Source: Patescibacteria group bacterium (GTDB lineage Bacteria; Patescibacteriota; Microgenomatia; Levybacterales; UBA12049). Taken from it: a stretch of 64,000 nt of DNA. Positions 46,193 through 54,306 of the stretch are shown one piece after another. The notes beneath the pieces are model-generated. The model made no database searches, was not told the origin of the DNA, and saw nothing but the letters and a program-made list of their open reading frames with translations. The position numbers and the translations under genes are program-made. The stretch is from assembly GCA_041743715.1 (NCBI GenBank), contig JBGTMH010000059.1, forward strand, positions 1,608 through 65,607, read 5' to 3'. Each line of letters opens with the position of its first letter. Within the stretch, counting starts at the first letter, position 1.

Positions 46193-46337
46193 CTGTTTTT
46201 TTAGATGTCCTTTGTATAGCTGAATCTATAGCAATATCAGCTACTTTAATAAGCATATTAAGAACATCTTGAACTTGCTCATCTGTATAGAGCTCAGATC
46301 TCTTTCCTAATAGCTTTCTAGCCCGTTCTATAGTCAT
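46170..46337 (-). CDS. Small ORF (55 aa), below the ORF-track cutoff
   Basis: GAGGAAAGGAAG precedes ATG 46337. Product is MTIERARKLLGKRSELYTDEQVQDVLNMLIKVADIAIDSAIQRTSKKTDAFQKGE. It overlaps the start of 45419-46192. Confidence 0.3.
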   Translation of the reverse strand: MTIERARKLLGKRSELYTDEQVQDVLNMLIKVADIAIDSAIQRTSKKTDAFQKGE

Positions 46338-46596
46338 CTTCCTTTCCTCACAGTGTCCGCTAGGTCTTCTTCCATTGTCATAGTACTGCTTAGCGCCGGA
46401 TCAGGTGGCGTTAATTGTTGTGTGTCATCTGTAGGTTGTATAGGTTGATTCTGATCTGAATTATTTGGTTGCTGCGACGGTTTATCATCTTCAAAAAAAA
46501 TAACTATCACCTCCTACTAAAAACTGTAATGCCATTAATAAAATACCTATGGCAGTTAAGATCGATGCATTATTTGCTGTTCCTGCCACACTCTGA

Positions 46597-46629
46597 ATTA
46601 TCTTTTCATTATCTTTTCATTATCTTTGT
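46597..46629. repeat. 11-bp tandem repeat x3 (ATTATCTTTTC, ATTATCTTTTC, ATTATCTTTGT) at the 3' end of a CDS
   Basis: Read directly from the sequence. The unit length is not a multiple of 3. Confidence 0.9.
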
Positions 46630-46969
46630 AGTCTTCAATCCAATTAGCAAGAATTTGATCCTGTGTTTTTTCAGATGGTTGATGTAGAAATTTCTTTCTT
46701 AATTCTTCAGGGAATGGGCTTAATTTTAGGTTTTTTGGCCTAATTTCCAAAAGCGCAATAAGTGTTGAAATTACTACTAAAAAAAGGCTAATGAAGGTTA
46801 TAGAGTGAATTGGGAGATTGTTTCCAGTTTCAAAGATTGCCGTTATAAATATAGCGTTAAATCCAATAAGGATCTGCAGTCTGGTATTCAAGTGGTTAAT
46901 TGACTCAAATTGGTAATGGAGTTTAGTTTTTGTGGCATCATAAATTAATTGTAACGAATTTTTTTCCAT
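46598..46969 (-). CDS. Two-TM protein, apparently truncated by the 11-bp repeat (third TM helix is out of frame)
   Basis: Ends ...EDYKDNEKIMKR*. Removing one 11-bp unit extends the frame to ...KIIQSVAGTANNASILTAIGILLMALQFLVGGDSYFF* (stop at 46491). Confidence 0.55.
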   Translation of the reverse strand: MEKNSLQLIYDATKTKLHYQFESINHLNTRLQILIGFNAIFITAIFETGNNLPIHSITFISLFLVVISTLIALLEIRPKNLKLSPFPEELRKKFLHQPSEKTQDQILANWIEDYKDNEKIMKR

Positions 46970-46973
46970 ATCA

Positions 46974-47504
46974 TTAATTCATCCATGGCAATAATACTAG
47001 TGAAATTAACCAAAAAGCTGCTGCGATCACGAAATTAACGATAGCAATTCGAATACTAATCATCTTTTTATTTGCGATTGTTGAGTTAATGTAAACTTGA
47101 CTATTAAGTTCATCTAGTGTCATCTCCTCAGACATGCTTTTAAAATTATTATTAAATTCCTCTTCCTTTATTTGGGCTATGCTTGCAAAGAAAAACAATG
47201 ACGGTTTTCGGATAGTTATGTCTGGAAAAAGAGTTCTAAATGAATAAATCATTGACTTGATGATAAAAAAAATGAAGAGGAAAATTGAGAAATACAAAAT
47301 TATTTCAACAAGAAAAATATTTTTCTTGAGCAATATATTTTTAATTTCAGTACCCTTCGTGGCAAGAAACGCCACCAGTGCTATTTGAAATGTAATTACG
47401 AAGCCAATTTTGGTGTCACTATTTGCAATCCATTCATTGACGCGCTGCAAATTGTTTTCTGCGAGTTCTACTTTATTATTAATGGAAATTTTTTGAGGCT
47501 TCAT
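46974..47504 (-). CDS. Multi-TM effector-like protein (Pycsar-effector/DUF5706-like, tentative)
   Basis: An N-terminal helix with WIANSDTKIGFVITFQIALVAF (the A-D-T-K-like motif I associate with that family). It has 3-4 TM helices and lies 4 nt downstream of the cyclase gene. Confidence 0.5.
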   Translation of the reverse strand: MKPQKISINNKVELAENNLQRVNEWIANSDTKIGFVITFQIALVAFLATKGTEIKNILLKKNIFLVEIILYFSIFLFIFFIIKSMIYSFRTLFPDITIRKPSLFFFASIAQIKEEEFNNNFKSMSEEMTLDELNSQVYINSTIANKKMISIRIAIVNFVIAAAFWLISLVLLPWMN

Positions 47505-47507
47505 ATT

Positions 47508-48341
47508 TTACAATCGGCCTGCCCATTGATAAATGGTACCCAGATCTACGTTTTTACTCGGAATCCAAATGCAGTCATCGTTTTTCAGGTTTGGCGCCAT
47601 AAAATCAAAAACATTTTGAGATACGAAGACTCCGCTACCATAATCAGCTAACTTGGATGCTCTATTCATTGCGACTCCTGTCCAGACAAGGTCATTATTA
47701 TCAGCCCCTGTTTGACCAACTTTACCAACAAACATTTGTCCATAATCTACTCCAATGCCAAAATCGAAAGAATAACCTATCGTGTTTTCGATAAGCGGAT
47801 TTATAGAATTTTGGAGCACATCTTCCATCATTTGTGCAGTTTCGACCGCGATTGATCTCTGACGCTCTTCATGTAAGTCGAAAACAACACCAATACGATC
47901 TCCAGCAAAAGTTCGTATCCTGCCTTTCCTATAACGGGCTACTGCGACAAGTGCAGCATGAAAAATTTTATATATTCGAAGTGCTGTTACTGCATCATGA
48001 TTTTCTAATATTTGTGAGGATTTTCGCATATCAACATGCAGAACAGAAGTCGTAATTATTTTAGCTTCGTTATTTGCCACCTCTGAGACTGCAGGAACTT
48101 TTCGTGCTTTAACCAGCTGCACATTCATATTCAATAAGCTTCGGGTTTGAGTTTGTATCCTGCTTATTAGCTCTGAGCGGTTTTTTGGAGGGAGTGGAAT
48201 AATCTTTAGCGGAACTCCTTTAGGCTTAGGAGGAAGAGGCGGTAATCCAAAAAAATCAATTAATGGCGACTTTGGCGCCGGAGGCAACTTCAGCCGTCCA
48301 TTGAGGACAAATTCCTTAAGTAAATCATTATTTCCTGCCAT
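47508..48341 (-). CDS. Class III nucleotidyl (adenylate/guanylate/pyrimidine) cyclase-domain protein
   Basis: VLHVDMRKSS (metal Asp 1), RTFAGDRIGVVF (metal Asp 2), FGIGVDYGQMFVGKVG and LVWTGVAMNRASKLADYG (the N-x-x-x-R-L-type block). The N-terminus is Pro-rich. Confidence 0.75.
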   Translation of the reverse strand: MAGNNDLLKEFVLNGRLKLPPAPKSPLIDFFGLPPLPPKPKGVPLKIIPLPPKNRSELISRIQTQTRSLLNMNVQLVKARKVPAVSEVANNEAKIITTSVLHVDMRKSSQILENHDAVTALRIYKIFHAALVAVARYRKGRIRTFAGDRIGVVFDLHEERQRSIAVETAQMMEDVLQNSINPLIENTIGYSFDFGIGVDYGQMFVGKVGQTGADNNDLVWTGVAMNRASKLADYGSGVFVSQNVFDFMAPNLKNDDCIWIPSKNVDLGTIYQWAGRL

Positions 48342-48434
48342 ATCATCTCCATCTTATTTGCTAAATACTATCATACGTTTTTGTCGGATGCAAACTTATT
48401 TGAAGCAAGATATATGAGATAATACTTTCACATA

Positions 48435-48950
48435 ATGGATATAAATAAAGTTGCGCAGAAATTGAAAAATTTGGTGGAAAATGATGAATTTATTAACGAG
48501 ATGCACGTTGGATATCCTCAAGTTTCTCTAAAAGGTAGGCCTTCCGTAATGACAAAAAGTGTGGTCGGAAAACTACGTACTGCTTTTCTGATGGGATGTA
48601 GTGATAGAGAAGCTTGTGCTTACGCACAAATTAATAAAGATACATTGTATGATTTCCAGAAGAAGAATCCGGAATTTTCCGACCAGAAGGAGCTTTGGAA
48701 GCAAAATCCGATTCTGAAGGCAAGAATTACTGTATTTAAATCTCTTAATCAACCAAAAATAGCTATGTGGTATCTTGAGAGAAAAAAGCCGGAAGAGTTC
48801 TCTCTCCGGTATCATACTTCTCAGTCGTCTACACAATTAACGATTCAATATGTAATTCCAAAAACCAATTATGAAGACATGGCTAAGAAAGCTGAAGAAG
48901 CGTTGAATTTGCAGGAGAGTGAGGGGAAAATGCTTGGTAATTTAAATTAA
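48435..48950 (+). CDS. Phage-type HTH protein (terminase small-subunit-like)
   Basis: GRPSVMTKSVVGKLRTAFLMGCSDREACAYAQINKDTLYDF...WYLERKKPEEF resembles TerS-type HTH proteins. Assigned from memory, not verified. Confidence 0.4.
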   Translation: MDINKVAQKLKNLVENDEFINEMHVGYPQVSLKGRPSVMTKSVVGKLRTAFLMGCSDREACAYAQINKDTLYDFQKKNPEFSDQKELWKQNPILKARITVFKSLNQPKIAMWYLERKKPEEFSLRYHTSQSSTQLTIQYVIPKTNYEDMAKKAEEALNLQESEGKMLGNLN

Positions 48951-49183
48951 AAATTAAAGAGATCCTTTACTTGAACGTGAAGTCCACGTGATAGCTTTAT
49001 CAAATACCTCACAGTTGTATTAACGTAGCCATTTTCAATTTTCGCCAGATACGACACATTAATATGTGCTTTATCAGCTAAATCTTCTTGAGTCATGTTG
49101 GCTTTCTCTCTCAATACCCTAATCGTTTCACCTAGCAACTTGCGTTCTCTCTGAAATGGATTGTCTTCGGAATATCCTCGCAT
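48947..49183 (-). CDS. XRE-family HTH transcriptional regulator
   Basis: LREKANMTQEDLADKAHINVSYLAKIENGYVNTTVRYLIKLSRGL. Confidence 0.85.
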   Translation of the reverse strand: MRGYSEDNPFQRERKLLGETIRVLREKANMTQEDLADKAHINVSYLAKIENGYVNTTVRYLIKLSRGLHVQVKDLFNF

Positions 49184-49218
49184 GAGGTAATTATTCGAGA
49201 AGTAGCACTATATTACCA

Positions 49219-49247
49219 TTCCATATATGGAAACTTTCTGATATAAT
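49219..49247 (+). promoter_or_regulatory. 14-bp perfect palindrome TTCCATATATGGAA (operator candidate) plus a TATAAT box 7 nt before ATG 49255
   Basis: Palindrome at 49219-49232 and TATAAT at 49242-49247. They lie in the XRE-divergent intergenic region. Confidence 0.5.
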
Positions 49248-49254
49248 CTCATCA

Positions 49255-49827
49255 ATGAATAGTTCGAAAAAATGGTATCAAAAATCATTCGGTATTATTG
49301 CGCTGCTAATTCTTTTCTTTCCTGCAGGGTTATTTTTGATGTGGAAATACGCGAATTGGAACAAGTACATCAAAATAGGTATTACAGCCGTATTTGCGCT
49401 ATTCCTGCTTACTGGAGCAATTACAGATGATAACAAGGAGCAAGGCACTGCTACTCCAGCAGATACAACAGTCAACAAACCGGAAGAAAGACCAACCGAG
49501 AAGCCGAAACCGACTGAATCAGCTCAGCATGAGTTAAAAGCAGATATAAAGTTCAGTGAGGATGCATATCTGATAACAAATGAGGACGGAAAAGTTTGGA
49601 TTGATTGCAAGCTAGAAATGAATTCAGGAATCATAAGAGGTGGATATGTATACAATACAGAGCTTATAGACACGGACAAGCCAGTTATTATCCCTTTCAG
49701 AGAATTTACTAAAGGTGATGGAACTCGATTCAACTCAGATGCCACAAAGCCACAAAGTCTATCTATTTCTTGCGCTGATGTAGGAGGTTCTGGAAAACGT
49801 GGCTTTGGATACTTTGGAGCAAACTAA
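49255..49827 (+). CDS. Membrane-anchored hypothetical protein
   Basis: Two N-terminal TM helices followed by a soluble domain. Confidence 0.55.
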   Translation: MNSSKKWYQKSFGIIALLILFFPAGLFLMWKYANWNKYIKIGITAVFALFLLTGAITDDNKEQGTATPADTTVNKPEERPTEKPKPTESAQHELKADIKFSEDAYLITNEDGKVWIDCKLEMNSGIIRGGYVYNTELIDTDKPVIIPFREFTKGDGTRFNSDATKPQSLSISCADVGGSGKRGFGYFGAN

Positions 49828-49912
49828 CCTCTTTACTACTCATATTACAAGTTCTTGATTTTAACTCTTGCATGATCGATAGGGGCGAGAGTATATTCAT
49901 CAATATATTGAG

Positions 49913-50359
49913 ATGAATATGGCTAATCTAATTAATGAATTCCAAACTGCTGTTTTGGGTATAAAGAATATAATTGAAGAAGTTAAGAATACTGATTTGT
50001 CTAAAGCTATCGGTTCTCCGGATGAGCAAATACTTGCGATACTAAATAAACCATCTCAGCATAAAGCCACAAGCTTCAAACAGATACCCGTTAGACGAGA
50101 ATTAATTACAACTATGTTGACACATAATTATTTCTCTAAAAAACAAGTTAAATTGCTTAAAGCCCTTATTAATAAACCGCTTAGCAAAATTGATATTAAA
50201 GTAAAAATTGGAAGCAAGAATGTACCAAGTTTGGTACGTGATACAAATAAGCGATTAAAAAAATATGGATTACACTTGCAGGTCAAAATTGAGTCATGTA
50301 GGGTCAACAAAATGAAAGGTTTCTACAAGCTTTTAATTTCTCCAATTCCTTTTAGCTAA
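49913..50359 (+). CDS. Hypothetical protein (basic, possibly DNA-binding)
   Basis: Clean ORF with no motif recognised. Confidence 0.45.
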   Translation: MNMANLINEFQTAVLGIKNIIEEVKNTDLSKAIGSPDEQILAILNKPSQHKATSFKQIPVRRELITTMLTHNYFSKKQVKLLKALINKPLSKIDIKVKIGSKNVPSLVRDTNKRLKKYGLHLQVKIESCRVNKMKGFYKLLISPIPFS

Positions 50360-50504
50360 TTTTCATAATTCTAGCTTTAAAAACGCATATTCCCTTAAAA
50401 GTTCCTTATAATCCTATTTTCATCTGAATTCATTTTCGCATTTTGCGTTTTTGAAATCGCATATTATTTATTTCAAAATAACATCACTATAAAAATTAGT
50501 AGTT

Positions 50505-50675
50505 ATGGAAATTGAGATTAATAATCAAACAATACAGAAGTTACGCTCCACGTTTTCTCCTCAACTTAAAAGGGCATTATCACAGCCGGAAGTCAAAGAA
50601 ATTTATCTTAATCTCAAGGGTTTCGCTCAAACACTTCTCAAGATGAAAATGGAGGCAGCAAAGAATGAGAAATGA
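50505..50675 (+). CDS. Small ORF (56 aa), below the ORF-track cutoff
   Basis: ATG at 50505, giving MEIEINNQTIQKLRSTFSPQLKRALSQPEVKEIYLNLKGFAQTLLKMKMEAAKNEK. It overlaps the next start (50665). Confidence 0.3.
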   Translation: MEIEINNQTIQKLRSTFSPQLKRALSQPEVKEIYLNLKGFAQTLLKMKMEAAKNEK

Positions 50676-50901
50676 TACTTATAAAACCAGCTTATACTCT
50701 GCAGCATGTATTTACATGTATGGTATTAAGCTTATAAATGTTGAGCGTGATGGATATTCCTACATTTATACTTTTGAAAACAAAAAACTTTGTGAAGTCA
50801 TAGTAAGTAAATTTAACGAGCAAAGCTTAAATGGAAATATTACAGACTTTGTGAGTGCAATTCTAGATCTTGAGATAGAAGTAATGGAAAGGAATATATA
50901 A
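50665..50901 (+). CDS. DUF5659-like small protein
   Basis: TSLYSAACIYMYGIKLINVERDGYSYIYTFEN, paralogous to the next gene. Confidence 0.55.
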   Translation: MRNDTYKTSLYSAACIYMYGIKLINVERDGYSYIYTFENKKLCEVIVSKFNEQSLNGNITDFVSAILDLEIEVMERNI

Positions 50902-50902
50902 C

Positions 50903-51142
50903 ATGAACCTCGACAATGAATGTTTCGTAAAAGATATCTATGCAGCTTCATTTCTCCTAGTGTCCGGAAAGAGATTATTAAGGTTACAAAAAGAAAATAG
51001 CTACTATTGGTTCGTATTTGAAGGAAAGAATGAATCTGAGGAGCTGCTTAATGTTTATTGGCAAGGAGATGGAGCAGTAAAACCACGAATATATGCTGAT
51101 GCTTGTAGGACGTTGAAGGATCGAGTTTTTGCACAAAGGTAA
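50903..51142 (+). CDS. DUF5659-like small protein
   Basis: KDIYAASFLLVSGKRLLRLQKENSYYWFVFEGK...ACRTLKDRVF. Confidence 0.6.
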   Translation: MNLDNECFVKDIYAASFLLVSGKRLLRLQKENSYYWFVFEGKNESEELLNVYWQGDGAVKPRIYADACRTLKDRVFAQR

Positions 51143-51156
51143 AAGATGGAAAATAG

Positions 51157-51531
51157 ATGGATAAAAAGTCTCACTTATTTTTACAACTTTGGCATACAGC
51201 CATAAGAGAAGGTGTATTGGCAACGCTAGGTGCAACAAATCTTCATACTCTTATCGGATTAGCCTATTTTATGAATGAACAAGGTGAATGTTATCCCTCT
51301 GAATCTCGTCTTATGTCACTTCTAGGACTGAGTGACGTCTCTTCAGTAAGCGACAGAATCACTAAATTAAGGAAAGCTCAATGGAATAATAAACCTGTTA
51401 TTCAGGTAAAAACGGGAGAAAGAACTAAAGATAAAAGTGGAAAATATAAATGGGGAAATAATTATTACAAGCTTAATATGGAGATTATCAGTATCTTTTC
51501 GGGATGGCAAAATAACCAAACGGAAACTTGA
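51157..51531 (+). CDS. HTH_36-like helix-turn-helix protein (replication/regulation of mobile elements)
   Basis: LIGLAYFMNEQGECYPSESRLMSLLGLSDVSSVSDRITKLRK. Confidence 0.55.
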   Translation: MDKKSHLFLQLWHTAIREGVLATLGATNLHTLIGLAYFMNEQGECYPSESRLMSLLGLSDVSSVSDRITKLRKAQWNNKPVIQVKTGERTKDKSGKYKWGNNYYKLNMEIISIFSGWQNNQTET

Positions 51532-51688
51532 AGCTAATGCATGGCGTGTTTCCGATACGGAAAAAGACCAAGTAAACAATACTCAGATTATTAACGATAC
51601 TTTCAAATATACGATTTCAATTAAGAAAGAGTTCGAAAATGGTTATTGAAACTTCGAACCTCATTCTTTATGATGGTTTGAGATTTAG

Positions 51689-53197
51689 ATGAATATGAAA
51701 GCTGCATTATATGCTCGGGTAAGTTCCCGAGAACAAAAAGAAGGCTATTCCCTAGAGGCTCAGATTAAGCTAGGAAGAGAATATTCTGAGAAACAAGGAA
51801 TAGAGTTAGTAAGAGAATTTGCGGTTGCTGAAAGTGCGAAGAAAAGCGGAAGAGAACAATTTGAGCAAATGATTACCTTCTTGCGAGATAATCCAGATAT
51901 AAAAGTTATTATCTGTGAGAAAGTTGATCGACTACTTAGGGGTGATCTTAAAGATCGAGTAGCACTCGATGATCTTCTCAGAGAGAACGATAAAGAAATT
52001 CACTTCATAAAAGAGAATATTATCTTGAGCAAAGACTCAAAATCCTTTCAAAAGCTATATTATGGAATCCAAGCAGAGTTTGCTCGATTTTATCTGAATA
52101 ATCTTTCAGACGAGGTTAGGAAGTCTTACGAAATAATGGTTGATGATGGTAAATATCCACATCCGCCTCCAGTTGGCTATAAAGCGAAGCTTGAAAATCA
52201 CCTCTCTGTAGCAGATCCGGATAGAGCAGGTTTTATACCCAAAGCATTTCAATTAGCTTCTACTGGTAACTATAGTGAGAAAGCAATAAGTGACCTTTTA
52301 TATAAGGAAGGCTTCAGAAGTCGGACTGGTAAGCAAGTCGGAAAATCTGATATTGGAGGCATCTTGCATAACCCTTTCTACTATGGTGATTTTAGGTGGA
52401 AGGGAGAACTAAAAAAAGGAATTCATCAACCGCTGATACCTAAAAGTCTATTTGATAGAGTGCAAGAAGTGCTTTCTCCTCGAGGAAAGAATAAAGGAGT
52501 TAAACATCGATTTACTTATGCTGGCGGACTATTAACGTGTGGTTATTGTGGTAATGGGATCACAGCAGAAACTCAGAAGGGACACGTATATTATCGTTGT
52601 ACAAAGCCTAAGGGTGCAAAGAACTGTCCTCAAAAATATATTCGGGAAGAAACAATAGAAGAGCAATTAAGAGCCATAGTGAAAGCGATTAGTCTCAATT
52701 CGGAAACAGTAAATCTTATTAAGGACATACTGCACCAAAGCCATGATGAGGAGCAGGAATACCATAAGCAATCTCTTGAGGCTCTACAAAGCCGGTACAG
52801 TGCCATTAAAGCAAAGTTAGATAAACTTCTTAATGTGTACATTGACGAAGGTATTAGTAAGGAGATTTATACAGATAAATCACAAGAACTTGAGAAGGAA
52901 AGAAATGAAATTAATAGTCAGATTAACAGACATAAGAATGCGGATAAAGAGTATTTTGAGCAGGTAGAAAATTTTCTAGAAGTAGCATATCAAGCTCCGG
53001 CTTTATACAAGGGTTCGAGTACAGCATTAAAGAGAGAGTTTCTCAGGTTTATCGTCTCGAACCTCATTTTGAAGGATAAAAATGTCATTCCTAGCTTCAG
53101 ATTACCCTTTAGTTTACTAGTAGAGTATAAAGAAAATGAAAACTGGCAGGGGTGCACGGACTCGAACCGTGAAAAGCAGTTTTGGAGACTGCTGTGA
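51689..53197 (+). CDS. Large serine recombinase (resolvase domain + recombinase domain + zinc ribbon + coiled coil)
   Basis: AALYARVSSREQKEGYSLEAQ holds the catalytic Ser. The zinc ribbon is LLTCGYCGNGITAE...YYRCTKPKGAKNCPQ. The last 54 nt are antisense to tRNA-Trp. Confidence 0.9.
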   Translation: MNMKAALYARVSSREQKEGYSLEAQIKLGREYSEKQGIELVREFAVAESAKKSGREQFEQMITFLRDNPDIKVIICEKVDRLLRGDLKDRVALDDLLRENDKEIHFIKENIILSKDSKSFQKLYYGIQAEFARFYLNNLSDEVRKSYEIMVDDGKYPHPPPVGYKAKLENHLSVADPDRAGFIPKAFQLASTGNYSEKAISDLLYKEGFRSRTGKQVGKSDIGGILHNPFYYGDFRWKGELKKGIHQPLIPKSLFDRVQEVLSPRGKNKGVKHRFTYAGGLLTCGYCGNGITAETQKGHVYYRCTKPKGAKNCPQKYIREETIEEQLRAIVKAISLNSETVNLIKDILHQSHDEEQEYHKQSLEALQSRYSAIKAKLDKLLNVYIDEGISKEIYTDKSQELEKERNEINSQINRHKNADKEYFEQVENFLEVAYQAPALYKGSSTALKREFLRFIVSNLILKDKNVIPSFRLPFSLLVEYKENENWQGCTDSNREKQFWRLL

Positions 53198-53218
53198 TAA
53201 CCATTTCACCACACCCCT
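53144..53218 (-). tRNA. tRNA-Trp (anticodon CCA), CCA end encoded
   Basis: Folded by hand: acceptor AGGGGTG/CACCCCT, D stem GTGA/TCAC, anticodon stem GCAGT/ACTGC with loop CTCCAAA, T arm CACGG-TTCGAGT-CCGTG. Confidence 0.9.
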
Positions 53219-53332
53219 AGGTAGTCATCTAACTAATATCTAACAAAGGTAAGCTCTATTCTAACGCATTGTGACTAAATTCTCCAGTATTTTTGTCCGT
53301 GCAATTTTTTTTAACTTTGCTATAATATTTTT

Positions 53333-53788
53333 ATGGACGATTTAAAAGGAATCTCGGATGCACCTCTTGACCCTCGGGATATACATGTTATAGCATCTGG
53401 ACTAATTTCTGGACTTACAAATGCAGTGAAGGGATGGAAAATAAAAAAAGAGCTGACGTATGAAGGCAAAACATACCGAAATTACAGCATAACTATCGCT
53501 GACCCCAACATCAATGCAGGGGCAATTTTTACACAAGTACAACTGATTTATGATAATCCTGACTCTGGTAATCCAATCGGAGGGAGCTTGACGGAAACGG
53601 CACCTGATGCAAATGGTTCATTACGCGAATATCATTTTGTGGCAAACCTACAAACAGGTACTGAATCTGAAATAAGGTATGTTGAATATCCTTATCGTCA
53701 AGAAGAATCTGGTCAACCATTGGTAAATACAAAAGCAGCGGTTTCTACAGCTGAAAGTATGATTCAACGCCTTCCTCAATCTGATTAA
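53333..53788 (+). CDS. Hypothetical protein
   Basis: Clean ORF. TGCTATAAT ends 6 nt before the ATG. Confidence 0.5.
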   Translation: MDDLKGISDAPLDPRDIHVIASGLISGLTNAVKGWKIKKELTYEGKTYRNYSITIADPNINAGAIFTQVQLIYDNPDSGNPIGGSLTETAPDANGSLREYHFVANLQTGTESEIRYVEYPYRQEESGQPLVNTKAAVSTAESMIQRLPQSD

Positions 53789-53816
53789 CTTCACTCTACT
53801 GGGAACACAAAGGGGA

Positions 53817-53993
53817 TTATTTGAGCTTATCGTTTTCTTTATGGTCTGTAACTTTTCTACAATGTTTACAGAATTTTTTTAACACCAATTTCTCAGGAGT
53901 TTCCATTTTATTTTTCTGCGTGATGTAATTTCTGTTTTTACAGATCTGACACACAAGTCCGATTTTGATACGATGTTCGCCCTTTTTTGCCAT
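53817..53993 (-). CDS. rpmG: 50S ribosomal protein L33
   Basis: Not in the ORF track (58 aa). Product is MAKKGEHRIKIGLVCQICKNRNYITQKNKMETPEKLVLKKFCKHCRKVTDHKENDKLK, with the CxxC...CxxC and RNY signature of L33. Confidence 0.9.
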   Translation of the reverse strand: MAKKGEHRIKIGLVCQICKNRNYITQKNKMETPEKLVLKKFCKHCRKVTDHKENDKLK

Positions 53994-54035
53994 ACGAGTA
54001 ATTATACACTATTTGAGGCAGGAATAAAATAGTAG

Positions 54036-54107
54036 AGCCGGCTATGGGAATTGAACCCATGATCTAGTCATTACCAATGACTTGCTCTACCACTGAGCCA
54101 AGCCGGC
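54036..54107 (-). tRNA. tRNA-Thr (anticodon GGT)
   Basis: Acceptor GCCGGCT/AGCCGGC, anticodon stem AGTCA/TGACT with loop TTGGTAA, T arm ATGGG-TTCAATT-CCCAT. Confidence 0.9.
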
Positions 54108-54216
54108 GATGTTATAAACGATTTGACTATTTTACCATTTTTTTCATAAGGCTGCTAGCAATAGTCTTTGGGGTTGCTCAAGCTCGCTGCGTTTGCTAAA
54201 ATCGAATATACTTATT

Positions 54217-54288
54217 GCCGACATAGCTCAGTGGTAGAGCAATGCTTTTGTAAAGCATGGGTCGGGGGTTCAAATCCCTCTGTCGGCT
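54217..54288 (+). tRNA. tRNA-Thr (anticodon TGT)
   Basis: Acceptor GCCGACA/TGTCGGC, anticodon stem ATGCT/AGCAT with loop TTTGTAA, T arm GGGGG-TTCAAAT-CCCTC. Confidence 0.9.
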
Positions 54289-54306
54289 CAAGTTAGTTAT
54301 AATAAA

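Larger units (their letters stand above)
45419..53218. mobile_element. Integrative element / prophage remnant next to tRNA-Trp (left border uncertain)
   Basis: A visibly AT-richer block. It carries a large serine recombinase, an XRE repressor, HTH_36-like and terminase-small-subunit-like HTH proteins, DUF5659 genes and a cyclase-based defence cassette. The recombinase 3' end overlaps tRNA-Trp. Confidence 0.55.

Noticed and set aside
46597-46629. CRISPR-like array
   Set aside because: There are only three directly abutting 11-bp units with no spacers. No other direct-repeat/spacer architecture and no cas genes occur anywhere in the window.
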